From positions 9,828 to 73,827 of the forward strand of contig JAFGHF010000024.1 of assembly GCA_016939375.1 (NCBI GenBank): a DNA stretch of 64,000 bases. The letters run 5' to 3'. Within the stretch, counting starts at the first letter, position 1. Each line of letters opens with the position of its first letter. This stretch comes from Candidatus Omnitrophota bacterium (GTDB lineage Bacteria > Omnitrophota > Gorgyraeia > JAFGHF01). The notes beneath the pieces are model-generated. The model worked only from the letters and a program-made list of their open reading frames with translations, was not told where the DNA came from and ran no database searches. Position numbers and translations under genes: made by a program. Of this stretch, positions 8,844 through 17,802 are shown piece after piece.

Positions 8844-10139
8844 GTGGATATTTGCGTAATCGGAGCAGGGCATGTAGGATTGGTGACCGCCGCATGTTTT
8901 GCTGAACTGGGTAATCAGGTGATCTGCATAGATAGCAATAAGGCCAGAATCGCCGACATAAAGCAAAGCATCATGCCTTTCTATGAGCCTGGGATGAAAG
9001 AGATGGTAGTAAAAAACGTCCAAAAGAAGAGATTGTCTTTTACCGCCAGCCTCAAAGATGCTGTAAGAAAGTCTCTCGTCATTTTTATCGCTGTGGGCAC
9101 CCCGCCCAAAGAGAACGGCGAAGCAGACCTGACTTCAATCGAGCGGGTAGCTCAAGATATCGCCCGCTATATGCCCTCTTATCGCTTAGTCGTAGAGAAA
9201 AGCACTGTTCCGGTGGAAACCGGCAAGTGGGTGGAACATACCATCAAAGTAAACGTCAGTGGCAAAAAGAAATTTGACGTAGCCTCTAATCCCGAATTTT
9301 TAAGCGAGGGCTCGGCCATTGATGACTTCATGCGCCCTGATAGGGTAGTGCTGGGCGTGGAAAGCAAAAGGGCAGAAGACCTGCTTGTGGAGCTGTATAA
9401 ACCCCTGAATTGTCCGATAGTGGTGACTGACATCAAAAGCGCCGAGATAATCAAGCACGCCTCCAATTCATTTTTAGCATGCAAAATCTCTTTTATTAAC
9501 GCGATTGCCAATATTTGTGACCGTGTAGGTGCGGATGTAGAAAAAGTCGCCAAAGGGGTAGGGGCAGACCGGCGTATCGCTTATAAATTCTTGCATGCCG
9601 GCTGCGGTTATGGAGGATTTTGTTTTCCTAAAGACGTAGATGCCTTTATCCGTATTGCCGAGAAAAAAGGATACGATTTTCATCTCTTAAAAGCAGTAAG
9701 AGAGATCAATGAGGAGCAAAAAGAGTTAATAGTCAAAAAGATCGAAAGCGTGCTTTGGAATTTGAAGGGTAAGACTATCGGTATCTTAGGATTATCTTTT
9801 AAGCCGGGGACCGATGATATGCGCTTTGCCCCCTCAATAGATATTATCGATAGGCTACAGACGAGCGGGACAAAAATCCGCGCCTTTGATCCACAGGCGA
9901 TGCCAGAAGCAAAGAAGATATTCGGCAAAGGCATTAAGTTTTGTAAAGATGTTTATGAAGTCGCCAAAGGAAGCGATTGCCTGGCGGTAATCACCGAATG
10001 GAACGAATTTAAAGAACTGGATTTCAAAAGGCTTAAAAAGTTGCTTAAGCAACCGATAATTATCGACGGCCGCAATATTTACGATCCTAACAAGATTAAG
10101 AAGTTGGGCTTTACATATGTCGGCATTGGAAGGAGTTGA
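8844..10139 (+). CDS. ugd: UDP-glucose 6-dehydrogenase (nucleotide-sugar dehydrogenase family)
   Basis: N-terminal Rossmann motif VIGAGHVGLVTAACFAELGNQV, the catalytic Cys region GFCFPKDV, and a 431-aa length. GTG start with RBS AAAGGAGAG. Confidence 0.8.
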   Translation: MDICVIGAGHVGLVTAACFAELGNQVICIDSNKARIADIKQSIMPFYEPGMKEMVVKNVQKKRLSFTASLKDAVRKSLVIFIAVGTPPKENGEADLTSIERVAQDIARYMPSYRLVVEKSTVPVETGKWVEHTIKVNVSGKKKFDVASNPEFLSEGSAIDDFMRPDRVVLGVESKRAEDLLVELYKPLNCPIVVTDIKSAEIIKHASNSFLACKISFINAIANICDRVGADVEKVAKGVGADRRIAYKFLHAGCGYGGFCFPKDVDAFIRIAEKKGYDFHLLKAVREINEEQKELIVKKIESVLWNLKGKTIGILGLSFKPGTDDMRFAPSIDIIDRLQTSGTKIRAFDPQAMPEAKKIFGKGIKFCKDVYEVAKGSDCLAVITEWNEFKELDFKRLKKLLKQPIIIDGRNIYDPNKIKKLGFTYVGIGRS

Positions 10140-10140
10140 C

Positions 10141-10587
10141 ATGATCGAGGGAGTGAAGGTCAAGAAGTTAAAGATCATCCCGGATGAACGCGGAAGGCTG
10201 ATGGAGATCTTGCGCAACGATGATGAGATTTTTGAGCAGTTTGGCCAGGTGTATATGACTACTGCCAAGCCAGGTATCGTTAAGGCCTGGCATTATCATA
10301 AGCAACAGAGCGATAACTTTACCTGTGTTTTTGGAAAGATGAGATTGGCCCTTTATGATGCCCGCGAAGGTTCACCCACTTTTAAGGAGATCCAAGACTT
10401 CGAAATAGATTTAGAAAAGCCGCTTTTAGTGCACATACCGCCTTTAGTATATCACGGGTTTAAATGTGTGAGTGACCGAGAGGCGATAGTTATAAATACA
10501 GTGACTAAACCCTATAATACTAAAGATCCAGATGAATATAGGGTAGACGCCTATGATAATGATATTCCCTATGATTGGAGTAAGTAA
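10141..10587 (+). CDS. dTDP-sugar cupin enzyme, either an RmlC-like 3,5-epimerase or an FdtA-like 3,4-ketoisomerase; start moved to the ATG at 10141
   Basis: PDERGRLMEI and WHYHKQQ...FTCVFGKMRLALYD motifs of the RmlC/FdtA cupin family. The ATG at 10141 follows RBS GGAAGGAG immediately after the ugd stop; the track start at 10117 overlaps ugd. Confidence 0.6.
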   Translation: MIEGVKVKKLKIIPDERGRLMEILRNDDEIFEQFGQVYMTTAKPGIVKAWHYHKQQSDNFTCVFGKMRLALYDAREGSPTFKEIQDFEIDLEKPLLVHIPPLVYHGFKCVSDREAIVINTVTKPYNTKDPDEYRVDAYDNDIPYDWSK

Positions 10588-11328
10588 ATGGCTAAATTAA
10601 GAGGTGTAGTTTTGGCAGGAGGTCTGGGCAAAAGATTGGCCCCGCTTACTAAGATCACCAATAAACATCTATTGCCGGTATACAACCTCCCGATGGTATA
10701 CTATCCTATTCAGATTTTGGTGGAGGCGGGTATACGCGATATCCTTATTGTAACCGGAGGAAACAATGCCGGAGACTTCTTAAGGCTTTTGGGCAATGGA
10801 CATGCTTTTGGCCTAAAACATCTAGACTATACTTATCAGGAAGGGGAAGGCGGCATTGCCGCTGCTTTGGGATTGGCCGAAGAGTTCGCCGAAGGACAAA
10901 AGATAGTAGTTATCTTAGGGGATAATGTTATAGAGAGGTCTATTAAAACATACGTGCAAAAATTCAGCAAGCAAAGGAAAGGCGCCAGGATCCTCGTCAA
11001 AGACGTAAAGGACCCTGAGCGTTTCGGTGTAGTAAGCTTTAAGGGCAACAAGATCAAAGCCATCCGGGAAAAGCCTAAAAGGCCAGAGAGCAGCTATGTG
11101 GTCACAGGGATCTATATGTACGACTCGAAAGTATTCGATATTATCAAGACCTTAAAGCCATCAGGCAGAGGGGAGCTGGAGATCACCGATGTGAATAATG
11201 CCTATTTGAAAAAGAACCAACTTTATTACGATATATTAGATGGATGGTGGACGGACGCCGGGACATTCGAATCACTCTTAAGGGCCAATAACCTTATTGC
11301 CCAAAAAGTCAGAGGCAGGAAAGGATGA
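10588..11328 (+). CDS. Sugar-1-phosphate nucleotidyltransferase (glucose-1-phosphate thymidylyltransferase-like, short form)
   Basis: N-terminal GVVLAGGLGKRLAPLT nucleotidyltransferase signature. Located directly upstream of rmlB and rmlD. Confidence 0.75.
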   Translation: MAKLRGVVLAGGLGKRLAPLTKITNKHLLPVYNLPMVYYPIQILVEAGIRDILIVTGGNNAGDFLRLLGNGHAFGLKHLDYTYQEGEGGIAAALGLAEEFAEGQKIVVILGDNVIERSIKTYVQKFSKQRKGARILVKDVKDPERFGVVSFKGNKIKAIREKPKRPESSYVVTGIYMYDSKVFDIIKTLKPSGRGELEITDVNNAYLKKNQLYYDILDGWWTDAGTFESLLRANNLIAQKVRGRKG

Positions 11329-12287
11329 AAAATAAGATATTAGTGACAGGCGGGGCCGGTTTTATCGGCTCTAACTTTATTCACTATATATTGGATAAAT
11401 ATCCTGATTGTAAGGTAGTCAATCTGGACAAGCTCACTTATGCCGGCCGAAAAGAAAACTTAAAGGACTTGGAACATAACCCCAGATATAGTTTTATAAA
11501 AGGCGATGTTTGCGATTCGAAAATAGTAGCAAAGGCCATAAAGGGGTGTGAAAGAATAGTCCATTTTGCCGCCGAGAGCCACGTAGATAGGTCAATAGCG
11601 GATGCCAGAGAGTTTATTCATACAAATGTCCTGGGCACCCATGTCCTTTTAGAAGCGGCGAGAAAGCAGAAAATATCACTTTTTTGCCATATCAGCACCG
11701 ATGAAGTGTACGGCAGCAGGATGAAGGGCTCGTTCAAGGAAACAGATGCGCTTGAACCTTCCAGCCCCTATTCAGCCAGCAAGGCTGCCGCTGATCACCA
11801 GGTTATATCTTACTATATCACATATAAACTGCCTATCATCATCATCCGTCCCACTAATAACTTTGGCCCTTTTCAATTTCCGGAGAAGATTATTCCTCTT
11901 TTTGTGACCAATATCTTAGAGGGTAAAAAGGTGCCTGTATACGGAGACGGACAGAACGTGCGCGATTGGTTATATGTATTGGATTGTTGCGCGGCCATAG
12001 ATTTTATCGTGCACAAAGGAAAGATCGGCGAGATCTATAATCTGGCAGGCAAGAATGAGATGAAAAACTTAGACCTCACCCGTTTGATCTTAGATATTAT
12101 GAACCAATCCGAAAGCTTTATTAAGTTTGTAAAAGACCGCCCGGGGCATGACAGGCGTTATTCTTTGGATAACACCAAGTTGAAGAAACTAGGCTTTATC
12201 AGTCAGCATGATTTTACTAAAGCCCTGCAGGATACGGTCGAGTGGTACCGCAATAACCGCAAATGGTGGAAGGCGCTTAAGTCGTAA
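11325..12287 (+). CDS. rmlB: dTDP-glucose 4,6-dehydratase
   Basis: TGGAGFIGSNF Rossmann motif, YSASKAA catalytic YxxxK, and a 320-aa extended SDR typical of RmlB. Confidence 0.85.
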   Translation: MKNKILVTGGAGFIGSNFIHYILDKYPDCKVVNLDKLTYAGRKENLKDLEHNPRYSFIKGDVCDSKIVAKAIKGCERIVHFAAESHVDRSIADAREFIHTNVLGTHVLLEAARKQKISLFCHISTDEVYGSRMKGSFKETDALEPSSPYSASKAAADHQVISYYITYKLPIIIIRPTNNFGPFQFPEKIIPLFVTNILEGKKVPVYGDGQNVRDWLYVLDCCAAIDFIVHKGKIGEIYNLAGKNEMKNLDLTRLILDIMNQSESFIKFVKDRPGHDRRYSLDNTKLKKLGFISQHDFTKALQDTVEWYRNNRKWWKALKS

Positions 12288-12294
12288 GTTGTAA

Positions 12295-13203
12295 GTGATA
12301 AGTCATAAGATGAAAATTTTGATCACAGGTTCAAACGGGATGCTGGGAAAGGCTCTTTCCCGACAGCTACTAAATAAACACGAAATAATCGGTCTGGATA
12401 ATGGCAAGACCCAAGATTTGGGGGCTAAGGCCCGGAAATTTATCCACTGTGACATTACTGATAGGGAAAAAACAATCTCGGAGATCGTTTCTAACAGGCC
12501 GGATGTTATTATCCACGCCGCCGCCTATGCTGATGTAGACGGTTGTGAAAGAAACGCAGGGCTTGCCCAAAAAGTCAATGCCCAGGGGACTGAAAATGTG
12601 GCCTTGGCGGCAAAAGATTGCGGTAGCTTTTTGTGCTATATCAGTACAGATTTTGTGTTCGACGGCAATAAAGATAAAGGCTATGCAGAAGAAGACAAAC
12701 CGAACCCTATAAATATATACGGCCGGTCAAAATTAGAGGGCGAAAAACGCGTTCAGTCAGAATTGGAAAAGTTTGCTATTATCCGCTCTAGCTGGCTTTT
12801 TGGCCCGGGCGGGAAGAACTTTGTAGACACCTTCTTACAAAAAGCACAAGGTAAGAAAAAGATAGAAGTTGTCGACGACCAATTTGGCTCGCCTACTTAT
12901 ACAAAAGATCTGGCGCTGGGCATCGATAAGTTGATGGTTTTGGGCGATAGCTCAAAGGGTATCTACCATATCACTAATTCTGGGACTTGTTCGTGGTTTG
13001 AGTTTGCCGTAACTATTAAAGCAATGGCTGCTTTAGATGTTGAGGTATTGCCAGTCTCCTCAGAACAATATGATAGCCCTACTAAACGGCCCAAGATGTC
13101 TGTATTGGAAAACAAACGATTCTGTAAAAGCACAGGGATAACATTGCGCCACTGGAAAGAGGCGTTAAAGGAGCACTTAGATGAACGAGAGAACTTTAGC
13201 TGA
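12295..13203 (+). CDS. rmlD: dTDP-4-dehydrorhamnose reductase
   Basis: ILITGSNGMLG, YGRSK, SWLFGPGGKNFV, which are characteristic of the RmlD family. Follows rmlB. Confidence 0.8.
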   Translation: MISHKMKILITGSNGMLGKALSRQLLNKHEIIGLDNGKTQDLGAKARKFIHCDITDREKTISEIVSNRPDVIIHAAAYADVDGCERNAGLAQKVNAQGTENVALAAKDCGSFLCYISTDFVFDGNKDKGYAEEDKPNPINIYGRSKLEGEKRVQSELEKFAIIRSSWLFGPGGKNFVDTFLQKAQGKKKIEVVDDQFGSPTYTKDLALGIDKLMVLGDSSKGIYHITNSGTCSWFEFAVTIKAMAALDVEVLPVSSEQYDSPTKRPKMSVLENKRFCKSTGITLRHWKEALKEHLDERENFS

Positions 13204-14491
13204 TAAAATTGCAAACAAGAAAGCAAGGGTAGGGATAATCGGCCTTGGTTACGTGGGTTTGCCTTTAGCCGTGACTTTTGCCAAAGGGGGCTTTCCCACA
13301 TACGGTTTCGACATCAACAAAGACAGGCTTAAACGCGTTAAAAAAGGGGAATCTTACATCTTGGATGTGGCTGTAAAAGAGTTGAAACAGGTCATAGGCA
13401 GCAGGAAGCTAAGGGTTGCCGATGACTTTAGCGAGATCAAAAAGCTGGATGTGATCATCATTTGCGTGCCCACCCCCTTAAAGGAAAAGAGCGAGCCCGA
13501 TGTCTCCTATATTGTCTCGGCAGTAGAAAATATCAAAAGATTTATGAAAAAGGGACAACTTGTGGTCCTGGAAAGCACGACATATCCGGGGACTACCGAA
13601 GAAATAATTTTACCGATGCTTGAATCCGCGGGCTTCAAAGAAGGGGAAGATTTTTATCTTGCTTTCTCTCCTGAGAGGGTAGACCCTTCTAACGTCAAAT
13701 ATAAGACTGAAAATACCCCCAAGGTGATCGGAGGTATTTCTCCGCAGTCGACAAATATATCTAAACTTTTGTACAGCAAAGTCATTAAAAAAGTGGTCCC
13801 TGCTTCATCGGCAAAAGTGGCGGAGATGTCTAAGCTTTTGGAGAATACCTTTAGGATCGTCAATATCGCCTTGGTAAACGAAATAATGTTGATGTGTGAT
13901 AAGTTAGGAGTCGATGTATGGGAGGTCATCGATGTGGCCAAGACCAAGCCCTATGGTTTTATGCCTTTTTACCCCGGCCCGGGAGTGGGTGGCCACTGCA
14001 TACCGGTGGACCCTATTTATCTTTCCTGGAAGGCCAAAGGCTATGGTTTTGAGGCCCGTTTTATCGAGTGGGCCTCTTATATAAACTCACATATGCCGCA
14101 TTATGTAGTAGAAAGGATAACCCGGGCGCTTAACGAATATAAGAAGCCCTTGAAAGGCAGCAAGATCTTGGTCGTAGGCGTCGCTTATAAAAAGGATGTC
14201 AAGGACCTACGCGAGTCTCCCGCTTTAGAGATCATCAAGATTTTACAGAATGAGCAGGCAAGGGTGTCATATTACGACCCCTATCTGCCTTATTTAAACA
14301 TAGATAACATCGACTTAAAAAATGTCAAATTTAACCGTGTGAATTTCAGTGATACAGATTGTGTGGTCGTAGTCACGGACCATTCCAATGTAGACTATGA
14401 ATTTATTTTGAGGTATTCTCCATTGATAATCGATACGCGCAATGTATTTAAAAGCTGCAAGGGCAGAAAAGATAAGGTGGTCAAGCTATGA
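13181..14491 (+). CDS. UDP-N-acetyl-D-glucosamine (or mannosamine) 6-dehydrogenase, WbpA/WecC-like
   Basis: Nucleotide-sugar dehydrogenase family: N-terminal GIIGLGYVGLPLAV, catalytic Cys GGHCIPVDP, a C-terminal UDP-binding domain, 436 aa. Confidence 0.75.
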   Translation: MNERTLADKIANKKARVGIIGLGYVGLPLAVTFAKGGFPTYGFDINKDRLKRVKKGESYILDVAVKELKQVIGSRKLRVADDFSEIKKLDVIIICVPTPLKEKSEPDVSYIVSAVENIKRFMKKGQLVVLESTTYPGTTEEIILPMLESAGFKEGEDFYLAFSPERVDPSNVKYKTENTPKVIGGISPQSTNISKLLYSKVIKKVVPASSAKVAEMSKLLENTFRIVNIALVNEIMLMCDKLGVDVWEVIDVAKTKPYGFMPFYPGPGVGGHCIPVDPIYLSWKAKGYGFEARFIEWASYINSHMPHYVVERITRALNEYKKPLKGSKILVVGVAYKKDVKDLRESPALEIIKILQNEQARVSYYDPYLPYLNIDNIDLKNVKFNRVNFSDTDCVVVVTDHSNVDYEFILRYSPLIIDTRNVFKSCKGRKDKVVKL

Positions 14492-14492
14492 G

Positions 14493-14568
14493 CCCCGTTA
14501 GAACCTTATATGCTTTCGGGGTAGTTTATCAAACAAAAAAGTCAGAAAATATAGGAGGTCTAACGGGG
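14493..14568 (+). promoter_or_regulatory. mRNA hairpin that sequesters the Shine-Dalgarno and GTG start of the downstream gene; probable translational-coupling element (copy 1)
   Basis: CCCCGTTAGA (14493-14502) is the perfect reverse complement of TCTAACGGGG (14559-14568). CCTT (14504-14507) can additionally pair with the SD GGAGG (14554-14558) across a bulged A. The upstream stop TGA is at 14489-14491. Confidence 0.45.
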
Positions 14569-15521
14569 TGAGCGTATACTTAGTAACCGGTGGCGCTGGG
14601 TTTATCGGCTCTAATATTTGCCAAGAGCTTGTCAAAAGGGGAGAAACGGTCAAGGTAATCGATAACTTTGTCGCCGGCAAAAGAGAAAACCTTGCTTCCT
14701 TTATCGATAAGATCGAATTGGTGGAAGGCGACATCAGGGATTTGGGCCTTTTAAGCGAGATCACCAAAGGGGTGGATTATATCCTTCATCAAGCGGCGTT
14801 GCGTTCAGTGCCTAAATCCGTAGGCGATCCGCTTTCTTATGACGAAGTCAATGTCCACGGCACATTAAACGTGCTTTTGGCAGCCAGAGAAGCCAGGGTC
14901 AAAAGAGTGGTTTTTGCCTCTTCTAGCTCGATATACGGAGAGGCCCAAGTGTTTCCGGAAAAAGAAACACACCTGCCTGCGCCGGTCTCGCCTTATGCCG
15001 CATCAAAAATAGCAGGTGAGCATTATTGCCATGTCTTTAGTAAAGTCTATGGGCTGGAGACCGTTTCTTTGCGTTATTTTAATGTCTTTGGCCCCAGGCA
15101 GAGCCTGGAGAGCCAATATGCAGTAGTGGTGCCCAGGTTTATCATCAATATGCTTGATGAGAAGCCAGCGCCGATACACGGCGACGGTAAACAATCGCGC
15201 GATTTCACATATATCGACAATGTAGTCGAAGCAAATATTTTAGCAGCTACCTCTGATGGCGTTTCCGGAGAAGCATTCAACATAGCCTGCGGTAAGGACT
15301 ATAAGGTTTTGGATTTAGTCGCCCAGATCAATAAGATCTTGGGAAAAAAAGTGAAGCCAGAATTTACTCCCCCCCGGCCCGGAGATGTACCCCGGACTTT
15401 AGCCGATATCGGCAAAGCCAAGAAGATGCTCAAACTCGCAGTCAAGGTCGATTTTGAAAAGGGTTTGCAAAAATCTATTCAGTGGTTCAAAGAACACAAA
15501 GAGGAATATGAGCCCCGTTAG
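14568..15521 (+). CDS. NAD-dependent UDP-sugar 4-epimerase (WbpP/TviC-like extended SDR)
   Basis: VTGGAGFIGSN Rossmann motif, YAASK catalytic motif, 317 aa. GTG start preceded by the AGGAGG RBS. Confidence 0.7.
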   Translation: MSVYLVTGGAGFIGSNICQELVKRGETVKVIDNFVAGKRENLASFIDKIELVEGDIRDLGLLSEITKGVDYILHQAALRSVPKSVGDPLSYDEVNVHGTLNVLLAAREARVKRVVFASSSSIYGEAQVFPEKETHLPAPVSPYAASKIAGEHYCHVFSKVYGLETVSLRYFNVFGPRQSLESQYAVVVPRFIINMLDEKPAPIHGDGKQSRDFTYIDNVVEANILAATSDGVSGEAFNIACGKDYKVLDLVAQINKILGKKVKPEFTPPRPGDVPRTLADIGKAKKMLKLAVKVDFEKGLQKSIQWFKEHKEEYEPR

Positions 15522-15605
15522 AGCCTTAAAATAGGTTTTGATGGGGTCTAAATGAGTTTTGGATGGATTAAAATATTTTAGAGAGCGCAGGAGGTTCTAA
15601 CGGGG
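15513..15605 (+). promoter_or_regulatory. Second copy of the SD/start-sequestering hairpin element, with a compensatory change
   Basis: CCCCGTTAGA (15513-15522) and TCTAACGGGG (15596-15605), the same 10-nt arms as copy 1. Here GCCTT (15523-15527) pairs with AGGAGGT (15589-15595), giving a contiguous stem of about 15 bp. The upstream stop TAG (15519-15521) lies inside arm 1; the last G of arm 2 is the first nt of the GTG start. Confidence 0.45.
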
Positions 15606-16546
15606 TGAGTAGAAAAAAGAGGGTGCTTATAACCGGCGGAGCCGGTTTTTTAGGGTCGCATTTGTGCGCCAGGTTGATGAAAGAGGGCTACCAGGTGATT
15701 TGTATGGACAACCTGATCACAGGGGAGAAAGCAAATATCGCCCACCTGCTAAAAAATCCCAATTTCCAATTTATCCGCCACGATGTATCAAAATATATAG
15801 ATGTGGATGGACCGGTAGATTATATATTACATTTTGCCTCACCGGCTAGCCCGATAGATTACCAGCTCTATCCTATCCAGACTCTTAAAGTAGGTTCTTT
15901 AGGCACACACAATTCATTAGGGGTAGCTAGAGCGAAAAAAGCCAAGTTCTTGTTGGCCTCGACCTCAGAGATATATGGAGACCCTTTGGTAAACCCCCAG
16001 AAAGAGGATTATTGGGGTAATGTCAATTGCATCGGCCCGCGTGGAGTCTATGATGAAGCCAAGCGCTTTGCCGAGGCCTTGACTTTGGCATATCACAGGA
16101 CACATAAGATAGATACCAGGATAGCCAGAATATTCAATACCTATGGCGAAAAGATGCGCAAGGATGATGGCCGTGCCATACCCAATCTTATTACCCAGGC
16201 CTTGAAAAATAAGCCTTTGACAGTATATGGAAACGGAAAACAAACACGCAGTTTCTGCTATATAGATGATATGGTCGAAGGGATATATAGACTGATGCTT
16301 TCCGGTGTAAACGAGCCGGTCAATCTGGGCAATCCCAGCGAAAAGACTATACTCCAGCTGGCCAAGAAGATAATCAAGCTAAGTAAGAGCAGAAGCAAAA
16401 TAATACATAGGCCCTTGCCGGTAGATGACCCTAAAGTAAGATGCCCGGATATTAAAAAGGCAAAAAAGGAACTTGGCTGGTCGCCAAAAATAAGTTTAGA
16501 ACAAGGTTTAAAAAGTACGATTGAGTGGTTCAAAAGCACATCTTGA
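15605..16546 (+). CDS. UDP-glucuronic acid decarboxylase (UDP-xylose synthase)
   Basis: [16 protein letters not shown]...[17 protein letters not shown], 313 aa, closely matching the UXS/ArnA-decarboxylase family. GTG start. Confidence 0.8.
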   Translation: MSRKKRVLITGGAGFLGSHLCARLMKEGYQVICMDNLITGEKANIAHLLKNPNFQFIRHDVSKYIDVDGPVDYILHFASPASPIDYQLYPIQTLKVGSLGTHNSLGVARAKKAKFLLASTSEIYGDPLVNPQKEDYWGNVNCIGPRGVYDEAKRFAEALTLAYHRTHKIDTRIARIFNTYGEKMRKDDGRAIPNLITQALKNKPLTVYGNGKQTRSFCYIDDMVEGIYRLMLSGVNEPVNLGNPSEKTILQLAKKIIKLSKSRSKIIHRPLPVDDPKVRCPDIKKAKKELGWSPKISLEQGLKSTIEWFKSTS

Positions 16547-16596
16547 TGTCTTGTAGAAAAATTTGGTCGGTATAGTTATATTAAAGGAGTTTACAA

Positions 16597-17802
16597 ATGG
16601 CCAATAAGAAGATCAACGATATTCTTGTAAAAATAAGTCTGGTTTTGGCAAGTATCATTATTGTAATATTGATTTTAGAATGTTTTATGCGTATATTTTT
16701 CCCCCATAGCCAATATGCTATTGTCTGTGCCCCCTGGGGTTTTACCCATAAACCAAACTGCTCGATTACCTATTATGACGAGCTGGCTGTCTTTGGCAAA
16801 AAACCCCATCCGGTGCCTATTCACTACAACTCCAAAGGCTTAAGAGACTATGAATACGATTACGAAAAGCCCGAAGGGACCTTCAGGATATTGTTTTTGG
16901 GAGACTCCTGGGTCGAGGATATGGCCAGTTATCTGGACAATCTTTTTTCAAAAAGGCTGGAAAAGAAATTAAATTCATTTGACGTACCGGTAAAATTTGA
17001 AGTGATTAACGGCGGGCACTACGCCTTTGATAACGCACAAGAGCTGATGTTTTACCTTAAAGAAGGGATAAGGTATCATCCCGACATCGTTTTCGTTATG
17101 TATACCACGGATGTCCCCAGCCCAGAATATGCTGTTGTAAAGGATGGAAAGCTGAAGCTCAAATATCAAGAATTCACCCGATCGCAAAAGCTCTACAGAA
17201 ACCTGATCACTCTGGTCAGGTCTAATTCGCACTTAGGGAATTTTGTGCTGGACCGTTTGGGTTCCATAAAGTCCTTGGACCAACTTTTAAGACAAATCGG
17301 GTGGCGAGAAAAAAAGGCGGCCCTGGCAAAATTTCCCGAAGGCCATCCTCAGCTAGCAAATATAGAGGATCAAGAGTTGGCTGAACAATTGACAGTCAAA
17401 CAGGTTGTTGACGACGGCTCTAAAGGCAACTTCAGCTTTATAGATAAGCTTATATGGAAAAGATTTAAAGAAGCGGCGCAAGAGGATGAAGCCACTTTCG
17501 TTTTTATCCACAGCATACACTCGATTTATGAAAGAGACAGAAAATTTTTGGCTGAGGAAAACATCCCTTTTTTGTCTATAAAAATCAACAGCGAGCAGAC
17601 GAAAAAGATCAAAGAAGCAGACATAAAAAACGGCACCTACGATGAGACTTTGGACTCACACCGTTTTGGATACAAACAGCATCCGATAGTGGCTGAACAG
17701 ATACTGCAATTTTTGCTGGACAAAAAGCTTATTCCCTTTGCCGATGAGATAGCGGATATGCGAAAAAGGCCCAACAAGCAAGAAGCAAAGTCTAGCTTAT
17801 GA
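16597..17802 (+). CDS. Membrane-anchored SGNH/GDSL-hydrolase-like protein of unknown specificity (possibly a glycan O-acyl esterase/transferase)
   Basis: N-terminal TM helix, a GDS block (ILFLGDSWVED) and a possible D-x-H block near the C-terminus. Sits directly upstream of the carbamoyltransferase with overlapping stop/start. Confidence 0.4.
   Translation: MANKKINDILVKISLVLASIIIVILILECFMRIFFPHSQYAIVCAPWGFTHKPNCSITYYDELAVFGKKPHPVPIHYNSKGLRDYEYDYEKPEGTFRILFLGDSWVEDMASYLDNLFSKRLEKKLNSFDVPVKFEVINGGHYAFDNAQELMFYLKEGIRYHPDIVFVMYTTDVPSPEYAVVKDGKLKLKYQEFTRSQKLYRNLITLVRSNSHLGNFVLDRLGSIKSLDQLLRQIGWREKKAALAKFPEGHPQLANIEDQELAEQLTVKQVVDDGSKGNFSFIDKLIWKRFKEAAQEDEATFVFIHSIHSIYERDRKFLAEENIPFLSIKINSEQTKKIKEADIKNGTYDETLDSHRFGYKQHPIVAEQILQFLLDKKLIPFADEIADMRKRPNKQEAKSSL

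Noticed and set aside
15664..15849. 61-aa + strand ORF in an alternative frame inside the UDP-xylose synthase gene
   Set aside because: Fully nested in a strongly supported SDR gene; Arg/Pro-rich translation typical of off-frame reading.
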